Shown here: positions 1 through 14,019 of the stretch, one piece after another
How positions within the stretch are numbered: position 1 is the stretch's first letter
Layout of the letters: the number at the start of each line of letters is the position of its first letter
Program-made: the position numbers and the translations under genes
Notes under the pieces: model-generated
Databases searched by the model: none
Seen by the model: the letters and a program-made list of their open reading frames with translations, nothing else
Told to the model about the DNA's origin: nothing
Source: Auanema rhodensis
Lineage: Eukaryota > Animalia > Nematoda
Direction: 5' to 3'
DNA: 64,000 bases
Assembly (NCBI GenBank): GCA_964057225.1
Contig: CAXKVF010000088.1
Span: 149,864-213,863, forward strand

Positions 1-3000
1 ACATGGGGAATCTAATTTTGAAAACCGCATCTCTTTATCTTTCACGTGAAGCGAGTTACATACCAAGTGCACATCACGTGTACATTTAATTAGCATAAAT
101 TAAAGTTCACGTAAATTTCAAAGTCATGGTTACCATGAACCAATATCAATAAAAATTTGTTTTTAGACTAATATGGACATGGGGAATCTAATTTTGAAAA
201 CCGCATCTCTTTATCTTTCACGTGAAGCGAGTTACATACCAAGTGCACATCACGTGTACATTTAATTAGCATAAATTAAAGTTCACATAAATTTCAAAGT
301 CATGGTTACCATGAACCAATATCAATAAAAATTTGTTTTTAGACTAATATGGACATGGGGAATCTAATTTTGAAAACCGCATCTCTTTATCTTTCACGTG
401 AAGCGAGTTACATACCAAGTGCACATCACGTGTACATTTAATTAGCATAAATTAAAGTTCACGTAAATTTCAAAGTCATGGTTACCATGCACCAATATCA
501 ATAAAAATTTGTTTTTAGACTAATATGGACATGGGGAATCTAATTTTGAAAACCGCATCTCTTTATCTTTCACGTGAAGCGAGTTACATACCAAGTGCAC
601 ATCACGTGTACATTTAATTAGCATAAATTAAAGTTCACGTAAATTTCAAAGTCATGGTTACCATGAAGCAATATCAATAAAAATTTGTTTTTAGACTAAT
701 ATGGACATGGGGAATCTAATTTTGAAAACCGCATCTCTTTATCTTTCACGTGAAGCGAGTTACATACCAAGTGCACATCACGTGTACATTAAATTAGCAT
801 AAATTAAAGTTCACGTAAATTTCAAAGTCATGGTTACCATGCACCAATATCAATAAAAATTTGTTTTTAGACTAATATGGACATGGGGGATCTAATTTTG
901 AAAACCGCATCTCTTTATCTTTTACGTGAAGCGAGTTACATACCAAGTGCACATCACGTGTACATTTAATTAGCATAAATTAAAGTTCACGTAAATTTCA
1001 AAGTCATGGTTACCATGAACCAATATCAATAAAAATTTGTTTTTAGACTAATATGGACATGGGGAATCTAATTTTGAAAACCGCATCTCTTTATCTTTCA
1101 CGTGAAGCGAGTTACATACCAAGTGCACATCACGTGTACATTTAATTAGCATAAATTAAAGTTCACGTAAATTTCAAAGTCATGGTTACCATGCACCAAT
1201 ATCAATAAAAATTTGTTTTTAGACTAATATGGACATGGGGAATCTAATTTTGTAAACCGCATCTCTTTATCTTTCACGTGAAGCGAGTTACATACCAAGT
1301 GCACATCACGTGTACATTTAATTAGCATAAATTAAAGTTCACGTAAATTTCAAAGTCATGGTTACCATGCACCAATATCAATAAAAATTGGTTTTTAGAC
1401 TAATATGGACATGGGGAATCTAATTTTGAAAACCGCATCTCTTTATCTTTCACGTGAAGCGAGTTACATACCAAGTGCACATCACGTGTACATTTAATTA
1501 GCATAAATTAAAGTTCACGTAAATTTCAAAGTCATGGTTACCATGCACCAATATCAATAAAAATTTGTTTTTAGACTAATATGGACATGGGGAATCTAAT
1601 TTTGAAAACCGCATCTCTTTATCTTTCACGTGAAGCGAGTTACATACCAAGTGCACATCACGTGTACATTTAATTAGCATAAATTAAAGTTCACGTAAAT
1701 TTCAAAGTCATGGTTACCATGAACCAATATCAATAAAAATTTGTTTTTAGACTAATATGGACATGGGGAATCTAATTTTGAAAACCGCATCTCTTTATCT
1801 TTCACGTGAAGCGAGTTACATACCAAGTGCACATCACGTGTACATTTAATTAGCATAAATTAAAGTTCACGAAAATTTCAAAGTCGTGGTTACCATGCAC
1901 CAATATCAATAAAAATTCGTTTTTAGACTAATATGGACATGGGGAATCTAATTTTGAAAACCGCATCTCTTTATCTTTCACGTGAAGCGAGTTACATACC
2001 AAGTGCACATCACGTGTACATTTAATTAGCATAAATTAAAGTTCACGTAAATTTCAAAGTCATGGTTACCATGCACCAATATCAATAAAAATTTGTTTTT
2101 AGACTAATATGGACATGGGGAATCTAATTTTGTAAACCGCATCTCTTTATCTTTCACGTGAAGCGAGTTACATACCAAGTGCACATCACGTGTACATTTA
2201 ATTAGCATAAATTAAAGTTCACGTAAATTTCAAAGTCATGGTTACCATGCACCAATATCAATAAAAATTGGTTTTTAGACTAATATGGACATGGGGAATC
2301 TAATTTTGAAAACCGCATCTCTTTATCTTTCACGTGAAGCGAGTTACATACCAAGTGCACATCACGTGTACATTTAATTAGCATAAATTAAAGTTCACGT
2401 AAATTTCAAAGTCATGGTTACCATGCACCAATATCAATAAAAATTTGTTTTTAGACTAATATGGACATGGGGAATCTAATTTTGAAAACCGCATCTCTTT
2501 ATCTTTCACGTGAAGCGAGTTACATACCAAGTGCACATCACGTGTACATTTAATTAGCATAAATTAAAGTTCACGTAAATTTCAAAGTCATGGTTACCAT
2601 GAACCAATATCAATAAAAATTTGTTTTTAGACTAATATGGACATGGGGAATCTAATTTTGAAAACCGCATCTCTTTATCTTTCACGTGAAGCGAGTTACA
2701 TACCAAGTGCACATCACGTGTACATTTAATTAGCATAAATTAAAGTTCACGAAAATTTCAAAGTCGTGGTTACCATGCACCAATATCAATAAAAATTCGT
2801 TTTTAGACTAATATGGACATGGGGAATCTAATTTTGAAAACCGCATCTCTTTATCTTTCACGTGAAGCGAGTTACATACCAAGTGCACATCACGTGTACA
2901 TTTAATTAGCATAAATTAAAGTTCACGTAAATTTCAAAGTCATGGTTACCATGAACCAATATCAATTAAAATTTGTTTTTAGACTAATATGGACATGGGC

Positions 3001-6000
3001 AATCTAATTTTGAAAACCGCATCTCTTTATCTTTCACGTGAAGCGAGTTACATACCAAGTGCACATCACGTGTACATTTAATTAGCATAAATTAAAGTTC
3101 ACGTAAATTTCAAAGTCATGGTTACCATGCACCAATATCAATAAAAATTTGTTTTTAGACTAATATGGACATGGGGAATCTAATTTTGAAAACCGCATCT
3201 CTTTATCTTTCACGTGAAGCGAGTTACATTCCAAGTGCACATCACGTGTACATTTAATTAGCATACATTAAAGTTCACGTAAATTTCAAAGTCATGGTTA
3301 CCATGCACCAATATCAATAAAAATTTGTTTTTAGACTAATATGGACATGGGGAATCTAATTTTGAAAACCGCATCTCTTCATCTTTCACGTGAAGCGAGT
3401 TACATACCAAGTGCACATCACGTGTACATTTAATTAGCATAAATTAAAGTTCACGTAAATTTCAAAGTCATGGTTACCATGCACCAATATCAATAAAAAT
3501 TTGTTTTTAGACTAATATGGACATGGGGAATCTAATTTTGAAAACCGCATCTCTTTATCTTTCACGTGAAGCGAGTTACATACCAAGTGCACATCACGTG
3601 TACATTTAATTAGCATAAATTAAAGTTCACGTAAATTTCAAAGTCATGGTTACCATGAACCAATATCAATAAAAATTTGTTTTTAGACTAATATGGACAT
3701 GGGGAATCTAATTTTGAAAACCGCATATCTTTATCTTTCACGTGAAGCGAGTTACATACCAAGTGCACATCACGTGTACATTTAATTAGCATAAATTAAA
3801 GTTCACGTAAATTTCAAAGTCATGGTTACCATGAACCAATATCAATTAAAATTTGTTTTTAGACTAATATGGACATGGGCAATCTAATTTTGAAAACCGC
3901 ATCTCTTTATCTTTCACGTGAAGCGAGTTACATACCAAGTGCACATCACGTGTACATTTAATTAGCATAAATTAAAGTTCACGTAAATTTCAAAGTCATG
4001 GTTACCATGCACCAATATCAATAAAAATTTGTTTTTAGACTAATATGGACATGGGGAATCTAATTTTGAAAACCGCATATCTTTATCTTTCACGTGAAGC
4101 GAGTTACATACCAAGTGCACATCACGTGTACATTTAATTAGCATAAATTAAAGTTCACGTAAATTTCAAAGTCATGGTTACCATGAACCAATATCAATTA
4201 AAATTTGTTTTTAGACTAATATGGACATGGGCAATCTAATTTTGAAAACCGCATCTCTTTATCTTTCACGTGAAGCGAGTTACATACCAAGTGCACATCA
4301 CGTGTACATTTAATTAGCATAAATTAAAGTTCACGTAAATTTCAAAGTCATGGTTACCATGCACCAATATCAATAAAAATTTGTTTTTAGACTAATATGG
4401 ACATGGGGAATCTAATTTTGAAAACCGCATCTCTTTATCTTTCACGTGAAGCGAGTTACATTCCAAGTGCACATCACGTGTACATTTAATTAGCATACAT
4501 TAAAGTTCACGTAAATTTCAAAGTCATGGTTACCATGCACCAATATCAATAAAAATTTGTTTTTAGACTAATATGGACATGGGGAATCTAATTTTGAAAA
4601 CCGCATCTCTTCATCTTTCACGTGAAGCGAGTTACATACCAAGTGCACATCACGTGTACATTTAATTAGCATAAATTAAAGTTCACGTAAATTTCAAAGT
4701 CATGGTTACCATGCACCAATATCAATAAAAATTTGTTTTTAGACTAATATGGACATGGGGAATCTAATTTTGAAAACCGCATCTCTTCATCTTTCACGTG
4801 AAGCGAGTTACATACCAAGTGCACATCACGTGTACATTTAATTAGCATAAATTAAAGTTCACGTAAATTTCAAAGTCATGGTTACCATGCACCAATATCA
4901 ATAAAAATTTGTTTTTAGACTAATATGGACATGGGGAATCTAATTTTGAAAACCGCATCTCTTTATCTTTCACGTGAAGCGAGTTACATACCAAGTGCAC
5001 ATCACGTGTACATTTAATTAGCATAAATTAAAGTTCACGTAAATTTCAAAGTCATGGTTACCATGAACCAATATCAATAAAAATTTGTTTTTAGACTAAT
5101 ATGGACATGGGGAATCTAATTTTGAAAACCGCATATCTTTATCTTTCACGTGAAGCGAGTTACATACCAAGTGCACATCACGTGTACATTTAATTAGCAT
5201 ATATTAAAGTTCACGTAAATTTCAAAGTCGTGGTTACCATGCACCAATATCAATAAAAATTCGTTTTTAGACTAATATGGACATGGGGAATCTAATTTTG
5301 AAAACCGCATCTCTTTATCTTTCACGTGAAGCGAGTTACATACCAAGTGCACATCACGTGTACATTTAATTAGCATAAATTAAAGTTCACGTAAATTTCA
5401 AAGTCATGGTTACCATGCACCAATATCAATAAAAATTTGTTTTTAGACTAATATGGACATGGGGAATCTAATTTTGAAAACCGCATCTCTTTATCTTTCA
5501 CGTGAAGCGAGTTACATACCAAGTGCACATCACGTGTACATTTAATTAGCATAAATTAAAGTTCACGTAAATTTCAAAGTCATGGTTACCATGAACCAAT
5601 ATCAATTAAAATTTGTTTTTAGACTAATATGGACATGGGGAATCTAATTTTGAAAACCGCATCTCTTTATCTTTCACGTGAAGCGAGTTACATACCAAGT
5701 GCACATCACGTGTACATTTAATTAGCATAAATTAAAGTTCACGTAAATTTCAAAGTCATGGTTACCATGAACCAATATCAATAAAAATTTGTTTTTAGAC
5801 TAATATGGACATGGGGAATCTAATTTTGAAAACCGCATCTCTTTATCTTTCACGTGAAGCGAGTTACATACCAAGTGCACATCACGTGTACATTTAATTA
5901 GCATAAATTAAAGTTCACGTAAATTTCAAAGTCGTGGTTACCATGCACCAATATCAATAAAAATTCGTTTTTAGACTAATATGGACATGGGGAATCTAAT

Positions 6001-9000
6001 TTTGAAAACCGCATCTCTTTATCTTTCACGTGAAGCGAGTTACATACCAAGTGCACATCACGTCTAAATTTAATTAGCATAAATTAAAGTTCACGAAAAT
6101 TTCAAAGTCATGGTTACCATGAACCAATATCAATAAAAATTTGTTTTTAGACTAATATGGACATGGGCAATCTAATTTTGAAAACCGCATCTCTTTATCT
6201 TTCACGTGAAGCGAGTTACATACCAAGTGCACATCACGTGTACATTTAATTAGCATAAATTAAAGTTCACGTAAATTTCAAAGTCATGGTTACCATGCAC
6301 CAATATCAATAAAAATTTGTTTTTAGACTAATATGGACATGGGGAATCTAATTTTGAAAACCGCATCTCTTCATCTTTCACGTGAAGCGAGTTACATACC
6401 AAGTGCACATCACGTGTACATTTAATTAGCATTAATTAAAGTTCACGTAAATTTCAAAGTCATGGTTACCATGAACCAATATCAATAAAAATTTGTTTTT
6501 AGACTAATATGGACATGGGGAATCTAATTTTAAAAACCGCATCTCTTTATCTTTCACGTGAAGCGAGTTACATACCAAGTGCACATCACGTGTACATTTA
6601 ATTAGCATAAATTAAAGTTCACGTAAATTTCAAAGTCATGGTTACCATGCACCAATATCAATAAAAATTTGTTTTTAGACTAATATGGACATGGGGAATC
6701 TAATTTTGAAAACCGCATCTCTTCATATTTCACGTGAAGCGAGTTACATACCAAGTGAACATCACGTCTAAATTTAATTAGCATAAATTAAAGTTCACGA
6801 AAATTTCAAAGTCATGGTTACCATGAACCAATATCAATAAAAATTTGTTTTTAGACTAATATGGACATGGGCAATCTAATTTTGAAAACCGCATCTCTTT
6901 ATCTTTCACGTGAAGCGAGTTACATACCAAGTGCACATCACGTGTACATTTAATTAGCATAAATTAAAGTTCACGTAAATTTCAAAGTCATGGTTACCAT
7001 GCACCAATATCAATAAAAATTTGTTTTTAGACTAATATGGACATGGGGAATCTAATTTTGAAAACCGCATCTCTTCATCTTTCACGTGAAGCGAGTTACA
7101 TACCAAGTGCACATCACGTGTACATTTAATTAGCATAAATTAAAGTTCACGTAAATTTCAAAGTCATGGTTACCATGAACCAATATCAATAAAAATTTGT
7201 TTTTAGACTAATATGGACATGGGGAATCTAATTTTAAAAACCGCATCTCTTTATCTTTCACGTGAAGCGAGTTACATACCAAGTGCACATCACGTGTACA
7301 TTTAATTAGCATAAATTAAAGTTCACGTAAAATTCAAAGTCATGGTTACCATGCACCAATATCAATAAAAATTTGTTTTTAGACTAATATGGACATGGGG
7401 AATCTAATTTTGAAAACCGCATCTCTTTATCTTTCACGTGAAGCGAGTTACATACCAAGTGCACATCACGTGTACATTTAATTAGCATAAATTAAAGTTC
7501 ACGTAAATTTCAAAGTCATGGTTACCATGCACCAATATCAATAAAAATTTGTTTTTAGACTAATATGGACATGGGGAATCTAATTTTGAAAACCGCATCT
7601 CTTTATCTTTCACGTGAAGCGAGTTACATACCAAGTGCACATCACGTGTACATTTAATTAGCATAAATTAAAGTTCACGTAAATTTCAAAGTCATGGTTA
7701 CCATGAAGCAATATCAATAAAAATTTGTTTTTAGACTAATATGGACATGGGGAATCTAATTTTGAAAACCGCATCTCTTTATCTTTCACGTGAAGCGAGT
7801 TACATACCAAGTGCACATCACGTGTACATTTAATTAGCATAAATTAAAGTTCACGTAAATTTCAAAGTCATGGTTACCATGAACCAATATCAATAAAAAT
7901 TTGTTTTTAGACTAATATGGACATGGGGAATCTAATTTTGAAAACCGCATCTCTTTATCTTTCACGTGAAGCGAGTTACATACCAAGTGCACATCACGTG
8001 TACATTTAATTAGCATAAATTAAAGTTCACGTAAATTTCAAAGTCATGGTTACCATGCACCAATATCAATAAAAATTTGTTTTTAGACTAATATGGACAT
8101 GGGGAATCTAATTTTGAAAACCGCATCTCTTTATCTTTCACGTGAAGCGAGTTACATACCAAGTGCACATCACGTGTACATTTAATTAGCATAAATTAAA
8201 GTTCACGTAAATTTCAAAGTCATGGTTACCATGCACCAATATCAATAAAAATTTGTTTTTAGACTAATATGGACATGGGGAATCTAATTTTGAAAACCGC
8301 ATCTCTTTATCTTTCACGTGAAGCGAGTTACATACCAAGTGCACATCACGTGTACATTTAATTAGCATAAATTAAAGTTCACGTAAATTTCAAAGTCATG
8401 GTTACCATGCACCAATATCAATAAAAATTTGTTTTTAGACTAATATGGACATGGGGAATCTAATTTTGAAAACCGCATCTCTTTATCTTTCACGTGAAGC
8501 GAGTTACATACCAAGTGCACATCACGTGTACATTTAATTAGCATAAATTAAAGTTCACGTAAATTTCAAAGTCATGGTTACCATGAAGCAATATCAATAA
8601 AAATTTGTTTTTAGACTAATATGGACATGGGGAATCTAATTTTGAAAACCGCATCTCTTTATCTTTTACGTGAAGCGAGTTACATACCAAGTGCACATCA
8701 CGTGTACATTTAATTAGCATAAATTAAAGTTCACGTAAATTTCAAAGTCATGGTTACCATGCACCAATATCAATAAAAATTTGTTTTTAGACTAATATGG
8801 ACATGGGGAATCTAATTTTGAAAACCGCATCTCTTTATCTTTCACGTGAAGCGAGTTACATACCAAGTGCACATCACGTGTACATTTAATTAGCATAAAT
8901 TAAAGTTCACGTAAATTTCAAAGTCATGGTTACCATGAACCAATATCAATAAAAATTTGTTTTTAGACTAATATGGACATGGGGAATCTAATTTTGAAAA

Positions 9001-12000
9001 CCGCATCTCTTTATCTTTCACGTGAAGCGAGTTACATACCAAGTGCACATCACGTGTACATTTAATTAGCATAAATTAAAGTTCACGTAAAATTCAAAGT
9101 CATGGTTACCATGCACCAATATCAATAAAAATTTGTTTTTAGACTAATATGGACATGGGGAATCTAATTTTGAAAACCGCATCTCTTTATCTTTTACGTG
9201 AAGCGAGTTACATACCAAGTGCACATCACGTGTACATTTAATTAGCATAAATTAAAGTTCACGTAAATTTCAAAGTCATGGTTACCATGAACCAATATCA
9301 ATAAAAATTTGTTTTTAGACTAATATGGACATGGGGAATCTAATTTTGAAAACCGCATCTCTTTATCTTTCACGTGAAGCGAGTTACATACCAAGTGCAC
9401 ATCACGTGTACATTTAATTAGCATAAATTAAAGTTCACGTAAATTTCAAAGTCATGGTTACCATGAACCAATATCAATAAAAATTTGTTTTTAGACTAAT
9501 ATGGACATGGGGAATCTAATTTTGAAAACCGCATCTCTTTATCTTTCACGTGAAGCGAGTTACATACCAAGTGCACATCACGTGTACATTTAATTAGCAT
9601 AAATTAAAGTTCACGTAAATTTCAAAGTCATGGTTACCATGAAGCAATATCAATAAAAATTTGTTTTTAGACTAATATGGACATGTGGAATCTAATTTTG
9701 AAAACCGCATCTCTTTATCTTTCACGTGAAGCGAGTTACATACCAAGTGCACATCACGTGTACATTTAATTAGCATAAATTAAAGTTCACGTAAAATTCA
9801 AAGTCATGGTTACCATGAACCAATATCAATAAAAATTTGTTTTTAGACTAATATGGACATGGGGAATCTAATTTTGAAAACCGCATCTCTTTATCTTTCA
9901 CGTGAAGCGAGTTACATACCAAGTGCACATCACGTGTACATTTAATTAGCATAAATTAAAGTTCACGTAAATTTCAAAGTCATGGTTACCATGAACCAAT
10001 ATCAATAAAAATTTGTTTTTAGACTAATATGGACATGGGGAATCTAATTTTGAAAACCGCATCTCTTTATCTTTCACGTGAAGCGAGTTACATACCAAGT
10101 GCACATCACGTGTACATTTAATTAGCATAAATTAAAGTTCACGTAAATTTCAAAGTCATGGTTACCATGAACCAATATCAATAAAAATTTGTTTTTAGAC
10201 TAATATGGACATGGGGAATCTAATTTTGAAAACCGCATCTCTTTATCTTTCACGTGAAGCGAGTTACATACCAAGTGCACATCACGTGTACATTTAATTA
10301 GCATAAATTAAAGTTCACGTAAATTTCAAAGTCATGGTTACCATGAACCAATATCAATAAAAATTTGTTTTTAGACTAATATGGACATGGGGAATCTAAT
10401 TTTGAAAACCGCATCTCTTTATCTTTCACGTGAAGCGAGTTACATACCAAGTGCACATCACGTGTACATTTAATTAGCATAAATTAAAGTTCACGTAAAT
10501 TTCAAAGTCATGGTTACCATGCACCAATATCAATAAAAATTTGTTTTTAGACTAATATGGACATGGGGAATCTAATTTTGAAAACCGCATCTCTTTATCT
10601 TTCACGTGAAGCGAGTTACATACCAAGTGCACATCACGTGTACATTTAATTAGCATAAATTAAAGTTCACGTAAATTTCAAAGTCATGGTTACCATGAAG
10701 CAATATCAATAAAAATTTGTTTTTAGACTAATATGGAAATGGGGAATCTAATTTTGAAAACCGCATCTCTTTATCTTTCACGTGAAGCGAGTTACATACC
10801 AAGTGCACATCACGTGTACATTTAATTAGCATAAATTAAAGTTCACGTAAATTTCAAAGTCATGGTTACCATGAACCAATATCAATAAAAATTTGTTTTT
10901 AGACTAATATGGACATGGGGAATCTAATTTTGAAAACCGCATCTCTTTATCTTTCACGTGAAGCGAGTTACATACCAAGTGCACATCACGTGTACATTTA
11001 ATTAGCATAAATTAAAGTTCACTTAAATTTCAAAGTCATGGTTACCATGAACCAATATCAATAAAAATTTGTTTTTAGACTAATATGGACATGGGGAATC
11101 TAATTTTGGAAACCGCATCTCTTTATCTTTCACGTGAAGCGAGTTACATACCAAGTGCACATCACGTGTACATTTAATTAGCATAAATTAAAGTTCACGT
11201 AAATTTCAAAGTCATGGTTACCATGCACCAATATCAATAAAAATTTGTTTTTAGACTAATATGGACATGGGGAATCTAATTTTGAAAACCGCATCTCTTT
11301 ATCTTTCACGTGAAGCGAGTTACATACCAAGTGCACATCACGTGTACATTTAATTAGCATAAATTAAAGTTCACGTAAATTTCAAAGTCATGGTTACCAT
11401 GCACCAATATCAATAAAAATTTGTTTTTAGACTAATATGGACATGGGGAATCTAATTTTGAAAACCGCATCTCTTTATCTTTCACGTGAAGCGAGTTACA
11501 TACCAAGTGCACATCACTTGTACATTTAATTAGCATAAATTAAAGTTCACGTAAATTTCAAAGTCATGGTTACCATGCACCAATATCAATAAAAATTTGT
11601 TTTTAGACTAATATGGACATGGGGAATCTAATTTTGAAAACCGCATCTCTTTATCTTTCACGTGAAGCGAGTTACATACCAAGTGCACATCACGTGTACA
11701 TTTAATTAGCATAAATTAAAGTTCACGTAAATTTCAAAGTCATGGTTACCATGAAGCAATATCAATAAAAATTTGTTTTTAGACTAATATGGACATGGGG
11801 AATCTAATTTTGAAAACCGCATCTCTTTATCTTTTACGTGAAGCGAGTTACATACCAAGTGCACATCACGTGTACATTTAATTAGCATAAATTAAAGTTC
11901 ACGTAAATTTCAAAGTCATGGTTACCATGCACCAATATCAATAAAAATTTGTTTTTAGACTAATATGGACATGGGGAATCTAATTTTGAAAACCGCATCT

Positions 12001-13478
12001 CTTTATCTTTCACGTGAAGCGAGTTACATACCAAGTGCACATCACGTGTACATTTAATTAGCATAAATTAAAGTTCACGTAAATTTCAAAGTCATGGTTA
12101 CCATGCACCAATATCAATAAAAATTTGTTTTTAGACTAATATGGACATGGGGAATCTAATTTTGAAAACCGCATCTCTTTATCTTTTACGTGAAGCGAGT
12201 TACATACCAAGTGCACATCACGTGTACATTTAATTAGCATAAATTAAAGTTCACGTAAATTTCAAAGTCATGGTTACCATGAACCAATATCAATAAAAAT
12301 TTGTTTTTAGACTAATATGGACATGGGGAATCTAATTTTGAAAACCGCATCTCTTTATCTTTCACGTGAAGCGAGTTACATACCAAGTGCACATCACGTG
12401 TACATTTAATTAGCATAAATTAAAGTTCACGTAAATTTCAAAGTCATGGTTACCATGCACCAATATCAATAAAAATTTGTTTTTAGACTAATATGGACAT
12501 GGGGAATCTAATTTTGAAAACCGCATCTCTTTATCTTTTACGTGAAGCGAGTTACATACCAAGTGCACATCACGTGTACATTTAATTAGCATAAATTAAA
12601 GTTCACGTAAATTTCAAAGTCATGGTTACCATGAACCAATATCAATAAAAATTTGTTTTTAGACTAATATGGACATGGGGAATCTAATTTTGAAAACCGC
12701 ATCTCTTTATCTTTCACGTGAAGCGAGTTACATACCAAGTGCACATCACGTGTACATTTAATTAGCATAAATTAAAGTTCACGTAAATTTCAAAGTCATG
12801 GTTACCATGAAGCAATATCAATAAAAATTTGTTTTTAGACTAATATGGACATGTGGAATCTAATTTTGAAAACCGCATCTCTTTATCTTTCACGTGAAGC
12901 GAGTTACATACCAAGTGCACATCACGTGTACATTTAATTAGCATAAATTAAAGTTCACGTAAATTTCAAAGTCATGGTTACCATGCACCAATATCAATAA
13001 AAATTTGTTTTTAGACTAATATGGACATGGGGAATCTAATTTTGAAAACCGCATCTCTTTATCTTTTACGTGAAGCGAGTTACATACCAAGTGCACATCA
13101 CGTGTACATTTAATTAGCATAAATTAAAGTTCACGTAAATTTCAAAGTCATGGTTACCATGAACCAATATCAATGAAAATTTGTTTTTAGACTAATATGG
13201 ACATGGGGAATCTAATTTTGAAAACCGCATCTCTTTATCTTTCACGTGAAGCGAGTTACATACCAAGTGCACATCACGTGTACATTTAATTAGCATAAAT
13301 TAAAGTTCACGTAAATTTCAAAGTCATGGTTACCATGAAGCAATATCAATAAAAATTTGTTTTTAGACTAATATGGACATGTGGAATCTAATTTTGAAAA
13401 CCGCATCTCTTTATCTTTCACGTGAAGCGAGTTACATACCAAGTGCACATCACGTGTACATTTAATTAGCATAAATTA
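1..13478. repeat. 176-bp satellite array, block 1 (~76.5 monomers)
   Basis: ACATGGGGAATCTAATTTTG... recurs at 1, 177, 353 and onward with period 176; monomers differ by only a few substitutions. Confidence 0.99.
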
Positions 13479-13712
13479 GTCAAGGTTTATTGTTCTTTAT
13501 CACAGGTTATAACAATAGCAGTTTTGAAAAAAGAAAGTGGATAAAAGAAGTTCCTTACAATATGAACATGATTATATAAATTGATTGACATGAAAACATT
13601 AATTGTATAGAGATAAGAATAATTATTGAATCAATTATGTCAGTAGAAAATATATATTCTAAACAAGTAAATCTATGTGTCATAGTTGTCAACCCATCCT
13701 TGATAAACAAGG

Positions 13713-13867
13713 GATTTGTTCAGTTCAAAAAATATGACCTGACCTCATTTTTACTTTTACCAGGTGCGGTGGAACTTAGAGAAAAAGTCGAGCCCGTTCT
13801 GGTAATCAGAGGTAACTATCACCAGATTCGTATGGCTAATGCCTATAGAGTCCATGGTGCAGTAACA
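13713..13867 (-). other. Conserved structured RNA domain in the 3' UTR of element 1
   Basis: Aligns by eye to 38924-39071 with compensatory changes in several stems while the flanking UTR is poorly alignable. Confidence 0.7.
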
Positions 13868-14019
13868 TTGTAGCAAAGGGAACAAGGATGTGGTTGAAAA
13901 CAAAAAATGATACATGAAGAACATAGTTTGCATAGATATTTGTAGAAGACATATTGAAATAATAATTAGAGAACAAAATATCATAAGCAGACGAAAAACA
14001 TTAATAATGAAAGTGCAAG

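Noticed and set aside
13757-13810. Hairpin ribozyme (ACCAG...ACCTGGTA resemblance)
   Set aside because: Loop B consensus is absent and element 2 does not keep these bases
13637-13984. Short ORFs in the 3' UTR, and other short ORFs overlapping ORF1/ORF2
   Set aside because: No recognisable motifs and no evident counterpart in the other element; best explained as shadow frames
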